Made by a program: the position numbers and the translations under genes. Under the pieces are notes generated by a model, which worked only from the letters and a program-made list of their open reading frames with translations, was not told the DNA's origin and made no database searches. Below, in pieces: positions 27,954-35,117 of a stretch of DNA of 54,916 bases. Source of the stretch: a virus (Duplodnaviria; Caudoviricetes); the IMG/VR virus record IMGVR_UViG_3300044580_000572, positions 1 through 54,916 of that record; one strand, given 5' to 3'. The stretch's first letter is position 1; the number at the start of each line of letters is the position of its first letter.

Positions 27954-29423
27954 ATGCCGATCCCCATGCCAGACCAAACCGGCACGCCGGCCGGGGACGT
28001 CGTTCACCGCCAGATCGATGGCAGCGAAGCCACTCTCTTCCTGAACGCTCTACGGCAGGCTGCTGTCGACGCCGGATGGAGCGCCGCCGGCCTGGGGGCG
28101 CGCAACTACCTGCCGTTCGCCACCACGAATCCCACAGCCGCCCAGACCGTCACCCTGAACGGATTGGCCTATACCTTTCGCACCTCGATCAACAACGGGG
28201 TAGCCCGCGAGGTTCTCATTGGCGCCAGCGCCGCAGTCTCGTACCGGAGACTCGTCAACTGCGTGCTCGATAACGGCGTCGGCAAGGGGACGGAATACTC
28301 GAACGCCACCACCGCCAACCCATACTTTCGCGCCTTTCTCAATTCCGCCGAGACTGAGTTCTGGGTCGAGGCACTAACCGGAGGGCCGGACAGCAACTCT
28401 CTGACCGTTGCCGAAGCAGTCACTCCAAACTGGTCGATCGGATCCACCACGAACCCACTGTATGGGGGCTACAGGTTGCTTTCCGATCGGACACCGCAGG
28501 GTCTGCAGGTCGCCTGCGAGTTTCGCCGCTACAGCTCGACCGAGGTCACCTTCTGCGTCGGGGACAAGTTGCAGGCTGATTCATTCGGCGTCACGAGCTC
28601 CAACACCCGCTGGGCTACCCCTTACCGCTCGGTCAGCAAGGCAATCGCAATGGCTTCCGGACGGCTTTTCAAGGTGATCGCCCATCGCTACCATTTGTGG
28701 TTCTATGTCCCTGGATCGAACGCGACACAAACGGCCTGCTGCGCATTCGTCACACAGCACCCGAGCCAACTCGAGGCCCCGGTTGTGTCTTCGGCAACCG
28801 GAGGCGGGGGGACACTAGTCCAGATCACCACGGATCGCCCTCATGGAATGACTGCCACGGGCAACGTCTACATCTGGGGCGCCGAAGGACTGGGCATCAA
28901 CGGCTTCTGGAATGTGACCGTTACGGGCCCCGACGGCTACACTCTCGACGGCTCCCAGGCGGTCGCGGCAGGCAGCTACACGTCCGGAAGTGCACGGGCT
29001 GCCGACGTCAACGCCGGCCAGATCTCCTTCGCAGTCGGCGGCTGGCAACATGTGCGCGCCAGCACGGGCTTCAGGTACAGGGCGCTCGGCCAAAACCAGT
29101 CTCGCTGGATTCAAGGAGTCAACCAGTACTTCTGGACCGATGAGGACTTGAACAAGACCGGCAGGATGTTCGTTCCAGGAATCAACTCCCTGAAGTGGGT
29201 GGGAGATCGGTACTTCTTCCAGGAATCGCCCATCGCCTTCGGCACCGACCAGGATGCCTCCGCATGGTACACGGTGGGCTGGCTCTGGGCCGCGGCCATT
29301 GCGGGACGCTACACCCCGGTAGATTCGCTTGCTGTGGACTCCTCCGGCCAACAGTGGTTCGAGTTCAGCACGGAGCAATCCGGTTCCGGTCTGTGGCTGG
29401 CCGTGCCCCTAACGGAGAACTGA
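27954..29423 (+). CDS. Tail fibre / receptor-binding protein 2, paralog of fibre 1
   Basis: Shares the DQ..TPAGD, DAGWS, TPQGLQ and VGW blocks; one FCCH-like module. Confidence 0.7.
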   Translation: MPIPMPDQTGTPAGDVVHRQIDGSEATLFLNALRQAAVDAGWSAAGLGARNYLPFATTNPTAAQTVTLNGLAYTFRTSINNGVAREVLIGASAAVSYRRLVNCVLDNGVGKGTEYSNATTANPYFRAFLNSAETEFWVEALTGGPDSNSLTVAEAVTPNWSIGSTTNPLYGGYRLLSDRTPQGLQVACEFRRYSSTEVTFCVGDKLQADSFGVTSSNTRWATPYRSVSKAIAMASGRLFKVIAHRYHLWFYVPGSNATQTACCAFVTQHPSQLEAPVVSSATGGGGTLVQITTDRPHGMTATGNVYIWGAEGLGINGFWNVTVTGPDGYTLDGSQAVAAGSYTSGSARAADVNAGQISFAVGGWQHVRASTGFRYRALGQNQSRWIQGVNQYFWTDEDLNKTGRMFVPGINSLKWVGDRYFFQESPIAFGTDQDASAWYTVGWLWAAAIAGRYTPVDSLAVDSSGQQWFEFSTEQSGSGLWLAVPLTEN

Positions 29424-29424
29424 G

Positions 29425-29685
29425 ATGGCACAGGTGGAGGTACGGTCGATCTGGTTTGACGAGATGCCCTTCTCCTGGGCCGAGAAGAAGGGGATCATTC
29501 GCAAGAACATCTACGACATGCCGACCCAACGATTCGACTTCGCGATTGGTCAGAACAACTACAGCTTCCGCGGCGGGCCGACCGTCAACGGCTACATGGT
29601 GTTTTCGGCGAAATCGGCGGATACGACGATCGTCCCGACCACGGTCGCTGGCGGCGGCGGGCGGGTCAGGCGCCATGTCTACTGA
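29425..29685 (+). CDS. Small hypothetical tail-associated protein
   Basis: Coupled to the fibre stop; coding-like composition. Confidence 0.65.
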   Translation: MAQVEVRSIWFDEMPFSWAEKKGIIRKNIYDMPTQRFDFAIGQNNYSFRGGPTVNGYMVFSAKSADTTIVPTTVAGGGGRVRRHVY

Positions 29686-29863
29686 GAGCGTGAAGGTGCG
29701 TGCAGTCCTGCCTCAATGGAGATTCGAAGCTACAGCTCGCAGGGCTCCGCTCCAGCCGGCCCCAACACGCGCCTACCCTTGGGAATGCCCAGAGTGGTTC
29801 CCTTTTGCGCCGCCTCGGTGGTTCCCTTTCACTTGGCCCTTGACATGGCTGACTAACCCTTGA
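29675..29863 (+). CDS. Small Trp/Pro-rich protein, 62 aa
   Basis: ATG overlaps the previous gene; ends YPWECPEWFPFAPPRWFPFTWPLTW. Confidence 0.35.
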   Translation: MSTESVKVRAVLPQWRFEATARRAPLQPAPTRAYPWECPEWFPFAPPRWFPFTWPLTWLTNP

Positions 29864-30249
29864 CGGCGAGGACGGCTTTGGAAGCTTGGAGAGGAGCCAA
29901 CCCCTTTCCCCACAACGAATTCCCCCGCAGTTGGTTGGCACCTTCGCTCCATCCATAAGTCTTCATCTGGCCGACGTTTCGCGGGTTCTCTGCCTCTCCG
30001 CCTGCTTCCACGTTCGGCTTGGGAGGGCAACCCGGCGCCGCCGCGGCGGTCACCGGCGGTTGTTTCTACCCGTCTCCGCCCTGATCAGCCGAGTTGGTCA
30101 ACGGCTCCGCCAGGTTGCCAGAACCCATGCCAGACGTCCCGAACGGGCGGTGCGTGGTCAGCGTCGTGGGGGCTGGTGGACGGCGGTCGATCTCCTCAAG
30201 TATCGGCTCGCGAGATTGCGGCTCGTCGAGTCTCACTGGAGGGGCTGTT

Positions 30250-31161
30250 TCAGAGATAGAGCGCCTCACAGCAACCGGCCGAGAGAGTAATCTCCACGAA
30301 AACAGGGGGAGCCGCCTCAGGCAGGGGTCGCTCTGCTCGCCACGCAATGCGCCATTCCTTCTGATATTCGTACCGAAAGTCCTTCGTCATCTCGACAAGG
30401 TGGACCACCTCATCTGGGTGAAGTGGGTCCAGGTAGTGGACACTGCCATGAGCGGCCTGGGTCATTCCCGCTACAGATGCAACACCGCGAAGGAGCGCGA
30501 GTCCGAACTCCTGGAGGTCCCGGACGAGAAGACAAGCGTCAGCCTGAAACTCATCGAATAACCTCGGGTCGAACCTGCCAGTAGCGCAGAACACATAGAA
30601 GTCCTCACAGTGGCGGTTGTGACAGAGCGGCCCCACGATACCCCGGAGTTCTTGGAACTCTCCCTCGATCTTCACCGAGAGCCGTGATCCGCGTGGGAAG
30701 AACACTTGCGCAGCCAACTCATTGTCTCGGAGTGCCGGGTTCAGGGAAGGGTCGTTGTACCAAGCCGCCGGTGCAACCCTGAATCGACCCCTGGAAAGCA
30801 TTTCCGCGACGTGCTGGCGCTGACCGAATTTCAAAATGTAGGTTCCGAACTCGGGAGTTTCGATGCTTGACCAAAGCCTTCGCGCTGCAACTACCCGCGG
30901 CCTGGGGCGAGCCAGCTCTCGCTGCTGGAGCTCAGCGATTCGCTCAGTCAGCGAACGCAGGCGGAACTCCTCCTCTGTCCAGCAAAGGCGTTTCGACCAG
31001 TACGGCAGGGCGCTGCGAGCCACGAACGCACTGCCGAAATCGTCGAACTCGATTGTGTTCTCAAGGAGTGATGCATACCGCCCGCAGAGTTGCTCCTCCG
31101 TTAAGTGAGCGTAGTCCCTGCGGGTCCGATACTCTTCCAGCCAATCAGTTTCGGTTTGCAC
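30250..31161 (-). CDS. DUF2971-like / ADP-ribosyltransferase-fold protein, 303 aa
   Basis: YVFCAT and KDFRYEYQKEWR motifs; GTG start 6 nt after an extended -10. Confidence 0.6.
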   Translation of the reverse strand: MQTETDWLEEYRTRRDYAHLTEEQLCGRYASLLENTIEFDDFGSAFVARSALPYWSKRLCWTEEEFRLRSLTERIAELQQRELARPRPRVVAARRLWSSIETPEFGTYILKFGQRQHVAEMLSRGRFRVAPAAWYNDPSLNPALRDNELAAQVFFPRGSRLSVKIEGEFQELRGIVGPLCHNRHCEDFYVFCATGRFDPRLFDEFQADACLLVRDLQEFGLALLRGVASVAGMTQAAHGSVHYLDPLHPDEVVHLVEMTKDFRYEYQKEWRIAWRAERPLPEAAPPVFVEITLSAGCCEALYL

Positions 31162-31167
31162 TGGGGT

Positions 31168-31176
31168 ATTATGCCA
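31168..31176 (-). promoter_or_regulatory. Extended -10 promoter (TG-G-CATAAT) for a leaderless mRNA
   Basis: Minus strand GGTGGCATAATACCCCAGTG; no RBS before the GTG. Confidence 0.55.
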
Positions 31177-31579
31177 CCTTCCGCCACGCGTGCCCCAAGT
31201 CCGATTCCTGGAAGTTGCCGGGGTCCACTGCCGTGTGTCTCCGGTCGGGTAGCGGACCTTCCCGGACGCGATCCCGTGCGAGCGGGTGCCGATGCTCCGA
31301 CCCTGACAATTCGAACTCGCGCGGCGTATGCAGTTCACGGACGCGACGGCACGCCGCGTAGATAACTCCCACCAGACGACGCATCGACCGCAAGGCGGAG
31401 ATCGTCGTGGGCGGTCTTCAAGGAGACCGCTCATGTGCGATCGCGACACCGGGCTCGATCAAGTCTTCCACGAAGCATCCTGGGTGAGGCACTCGTCAAC
31501 CTGCTGTTCCCCAAATCGGTCAACCTCCCTGTTGACTTGCCGCAGACAGAGAGCCCTCGTTTGTCTGCTGGTTAACGGC

Positions 31580-31741
31580 GTGAGAAACGCGACCAAAGTC
31601 CGTCAAGAGATCGAGGGATTGCGCTGCCTGACGACCGCGCAGCTCCAGGAGAAGTACCGCGAGGCCTTCGGCGATGAGTCGCGATCCAACCACAAGCAGT
31701 TCCTGTTCTGCCGTGTCGCCTGCCGCAGCCGACTCTCCTAG
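31580..31741 (+). pseudogene. Truncated DUF2924 family gene
   Basis: VRQEIEGLRCLTTAQLQEKYREAFG...KQFLFCRVA matches the DUF2924 N-terminus, then stops; the C-terminal half is missing. Confidence 0.65.
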
Positions 31742-31999
31742 CGACGCCATCATCTTCCCCAACAACCCACGGAACGTACTCAACCACCTCTTCGACACCC
31801 CCCCTTGGAGCCCAATTCCGACCGTAAGACGTTGAAAAAAGGCTCTTGACCCGGTTCAGATCTGCAGGCTGGCGCGGGGCTTGTCCTGTGCTATCCGGGG
31901 AGGCGGATTCGTGCGCGGATTCCGGTGACCGCATCTCGCGACGCTTCTGAACGCCGCTGGCCTGATTCTAAGCTGTTGATCCTTCATCAAATATAAGAC

Positions 32000-32047
32000 T
32001 TGACATATCACTTGCTATAGCAGATGATTACCTTATGGTGATTATCA
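32000..32047 (+). promoter_or_regulatory. Promoter/operator of the hsd operon
   Basis: TTGACA 32000-05; TTGCTA-16-TATGGT; palindrome TGCTATAGCA 32013-22 flanked by ATCA/TGAT. Confidence 0.6.
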
Positions 32048-33943
32048 ATGCCAAGTGATCTGCAGTTCCCCGAGCTCATTCGCGAACTCCGAAGTCGTCT
32101 CGGGCTTTCCCAGGAGAAGCTGGCCGCCCAGCTCCGGGTGTCCTTCCCAACCGTAAACCGTTGGGAAAAAGGGAAGAACCGGCCCGACAGCGCGGTTCGG
32201 CACTCGATCGGCAAGTTCATTGAGTCCCTTGGCCCCGATTACCAGGATCTTCACACGCGCCTCGTGGGCGTGGACGGTGTCGCCGAGCCAGCTTCCGAAA
32301 CGCCGGTCGAGCCCATGCGGCGCGGCCGCCGGAAGAAGGTGGCTGATGAAAATGGCGCGCCGAACGGAAACGGTCAGGTCATGGACAAGCGGTCCATGGA
32401 AGGCCTGCTTTGGAAGGCGGCGTGTTCCATCCGGGGAGAGAAGGATGCCCCGAAGTTCAAGGACTACATCCTGCCGCTGATTTTCATCAAGCGGCTATCC
32501 GACGTTTTCGAGGACGAGGTGACCCGCCTGACCGAGGAGTTCGGCGATAAGGATGTCGCGCTGACCGTCCTGGAAGCCGACCATTCACTCGTCCGCTTCT
32601 ACATTCCCCCGGAGGCCACGTGGCCTGTGGTCAGTCGGCGCCAGCCGTTCGATTGGCCAGAGGACCGCAAGCCGAAGACGCTCGGCGAGCAGTTGACCAA
32701 CACGATCCGGGCGATCTCAAAGGCGAATCCAAGCCTACAGGGTGTGATCGACATCGTCGACTACAACGAAACGCGCAACGGCGAACGCGAGATCAGCGAC
32801 GAGGCGCTGGCGAAGCTGATCGAGACGCTGAGCGATCCCCGCTACCGCCTGGGACTGAAGGACGTGGAGCCGGACTTCCTCGGGCGCGCTTACGAGTACT
32901 TGCTCCGGAAGTTTGCCGAGGGCCAGGGCCAAAGCGCTGGCGAGTTCTTTACGCCAAAAGAAGTCGGTTGGCTCATGGCCTACCTGGTTCAGCCGAAACA
33001 AGGAGAGGAAGTCTACGATCCGTGCTGCGGATCAGGAGGTCTATTGGTCAAGTGCCAGTTGGCCCTCAAGGAGCGCGAGGCACAGATTGACCGCCCGCTG
33101 AAGCTTTATGGGCAGGAACTGACCGGATCCTCGTTTGCTATCGCTCGAATGAACATGGTCCTACACGACATGGCAGGGGAGATTGTCCGCGGGAACACCA
33201 TGGCAAACCCGAAGTTCTTCGACGACAGTCGATTGAAACAGTTCGACATCGTAGTGACTAATCCGATGTGGAATCAGGATAACTTCGATCCAAAGAGTTA
33301 CGAAACCGACCCCTACGAGCGTTTTGAGAACAGCGGCGGCTACGCGCCGACGTCCAGTGCCGACTGGGCTTGGCTCCAGCACGTTGCAGCCTCCATGAAA
33401 CCAGACGGCAGAGCGGCTGTTGTCATTGACGCTGGAGCAGTGGGTCGTGGAAGTGGCAGTCAAGGAGACAACAAAGAGAAGTCGATCCGAAGGTGGTTCG
33501 TCGAAAAGGACTGGATCGAGAGCGTCATTCTCCTTCCGGATAACCTCTTCTACAACACGACAGCGGCGGGAATCATCATTACACTAAACCGACACAAGAG
33601 CCCTGAACTGTGTGGGAAAGTGCTCCTCATCAACGCCAGTTCCGAATTCCAAAAAGGCCGGCCGAAGAATTTCTTGAATGAGGACTCTGTCCGGAAGATC
33701 GCCGCCGCATTCCACGGTGGGCGAGATATCGAAGGATTCATGAGGGTCATCGAGCAGCAGGAATTGGAGGCGAGCGACTTCAACCTCTCCCCATCAAAGT
33801 ACGTGTTTTCATCTCGTGTTACTCAGCACCTGGATATTCAGGACGTCCTCGACGCAGTCGCGTCGTTGAACACGGAAGCGAATGCAATCGACGAAGAGCT
33901 GGGAAGAGTCTTCACCTCGATCGGCTACGCATGGAGGTCATAA
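32048..33943 (+). CDS. hsdM: Type I R-M methyltransferase with N-terminal XRE HTH fusion
   Basis: LGLSQEKLAAQLRVSFPTVNRWEKG (HTH_3); LWKAACSIRG; GEFFTP; YDPCCGSGG; TNPMW motif IV. Confidence 0.95.
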   Translation: MPSDLQFPELIRELRSRLGLSQEKLAAQLRVSFPTVNRWEKGKNRPDSAVRHSIGKFIESLGPDYQDLHTRLVGVDGVAEPASETPVEPMRRGRRKKVADENGAPNGNGQVMDKRSMEGLLWKAACSIRGEKDAPKFKDYILPLIFIKRLSDVFEDEVTRLTEEFGDKDVALTVLEADHSLVRFYIPPEATWPVVSRRQPFDWPEDRKPKTLGEQLTNTIRAISKANPSLQGVIDIVDYNETRNGEREISDEALAKLIETLSDPRYRLGLKDVEPDFLGRAYEYLLRKFAEGQGQSAGEFFTPKEVGWLMAYLVQPKQGEEVYDPCCGSGGLLVKCQLALKEREAQIDRPLKLYGQELTGSSFAIARMNMVLHDMAGEIVRGNTMANPKFFDDSRLKQFDIVVTNPMWNQDNFDPKSYETDPYERFENSGGYAPTSSADWAWLQHVAASMKPDGRAAVVIDAGAVGRGSGSQGDNKEKSIRRWFVEKDWIESVILLPDNLFYNTTAAGIIITLNRHKSPELCGKVLLINASSEFQKGRPKNFLNEDSVRKIAAAFHGGRDIEGFMRVIEQQELEASDFNLSPSKYVFSSRVTQHLDIQDVLDAVASLNTEANAIDEELGRVFTSIGYAWRS

Positions 33944-33944
33944 G

Positions 33945-35117
33945 ATGCCAGGCGAATGGATGAAAGCGCCCTTAAGCGAATACTTCGACGTGAAGTACGG
34001 TCGCTCAAACCCAGGCGGCAGCGGCGATGTTCCTGTCGTAGGATCGAGCGGTGTCTACGCCAAGACCGCGGATCCCCTTATCACTTTCCCGACAATCGTT
34101 GTGGGCCGTAAAGGTAGCGCCGGGCAGGCGTGGCTAATGGAGACTCCGTGCTTTCCGTCGGATACGACCTTTTACCTCGAACCGAAGCCAAACAAGCGAA
34201 TCGATCTTCGCTATGTCTATTACGCATTGCGCCACGCTGAAATCGGCGCAAGCGACGATGTGATACCGAGTCTGCAGCGTAACGAATTAGAGCAGATAGT
34301 TCTCCAAATCCCCGGCGACGAAGAGCAGAAGAAGATCGGAGAAGTACTGAAGTTCATTGAGTCGGCGGCTGCACTCCAGGAGCAATTGACACAGACGATT
34401 GCGAACCTAAAGATGGCGACGCAGACGAAGCTGCTCACCGAAGGAATGAGGGGAGAGCCCTTGAAGCCCACCGCGATTGGCGACCTTCCGGAGAGTTGGG
34501 ACGCGAAGACTGTTGGATCGGTTGCGGACCCTGTCAGCGGTGGTACACCTTCCAAGCAGCGGCTCGATTGGTGGGCAGGGGAAATCCCCTGGGCCAGCCC
34601 CAAAGACATGAAAAGACTCCGTCTTCGCGACACGGAAGACCACGTCACACGCGAAGCGGTGGAATCCGGGTCACGGTTGGTGCCCCCCAAGACGATCTTC
34701 ATAGTCATTCGAGGCATGATTCTAGCCAAGAACGTGCCGATGGCTATCGCGGAAGTGCCCATGGCTTTTAATCAGGACATGAAGGCACTCGTGCCCACTG
34801 GGAAGATCGATTCCGACTTTCTACTCTACGCGCTCTGTTCGCGGAAAGAAGCGCTTTCCCACGAAATCAGCACGTCCGCACACGGGACACGCCGAATGGG
34901 AAGTGCATCTGTCGACCAACTTCTAGTCCCTGTTCCCCGGGACCCGAAGGAGCAGGTGGCCATAGCTCATGTAATGCACTTGCTGGATCGACGCGAACGC
35001 ATCGCGCAGGAGAAGCTCGATCGACTTCGAGGCCTGTTCTCATCGACGCTCGACGCCGTGATGACTCGGGCGCTTAGCCTCGATGCCCTGCAAGTCGTGG
35101 AGGCGTCGAATGCCTAG
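33945..35117 (+). CDS. hsdS: Type I R-M specificity subunit
   Basis: Two TRDs with IP..EEQKKI and VP...EQVAI conserved helices; GDLPESW; SGGTPSK. Confidence 0.93.
   Translation: MPGEWMKAPLSEYFDVKYGRSNPGGSGDVPVVGSSGVYAKTADPLITFPTIVVGRKGSAGQAWLMETPCFPSDTTFYLEPKPNKRIDLRYVYYALRHAEIGASDDVIPSLQRNELEQIVLQIPGDEEQKKIGEVLKFIESAAALQEQLTQTIANLKMATQTKLLTEGMRGEPLKPTAIGDLPESWDAKTVGSVADPVSGGTPSKQRLDWWAGEIPWASPKDMKRLRLRDTEDHVTREAVESGSRLVPPKTIFIVIRGMILAKNVPMAIAEVPMAFNQDMKALVPTGKIDSDFLLYALCSRKEALSHEISTSAHGTRRMGSASVDQLLVPVPRDPKEQVAIAHVMHLLDRRERIAQEKLDRLRGLFSSTLDAVMTRALSLDALQVVEASNA

Noticed and set aside
26237-29423. Diversity-generating retroelement or invertible fibre shufflon
   Set aside because: No reverse transcriptase, no TR/VR pair with adenine-specific mismatches and no invertase; the fibres are co-oriented, diverged paralogs
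29853-30347. Minus-strand ORFs 30066-30347 and 29853-30053 as a read-through gene or pseudogene
   Set aside because: Same frame separated by one TAG, but the translation has no recognisable motif and overlaps the ART-like gene
31335-31430. Minus-strand fragment LKTAHDDLRLAVDA resembling the C-terminus of Type IIL/IIG R-M enzymes
   Set aside because: Only ~14 residues bounded by stops; too short to support
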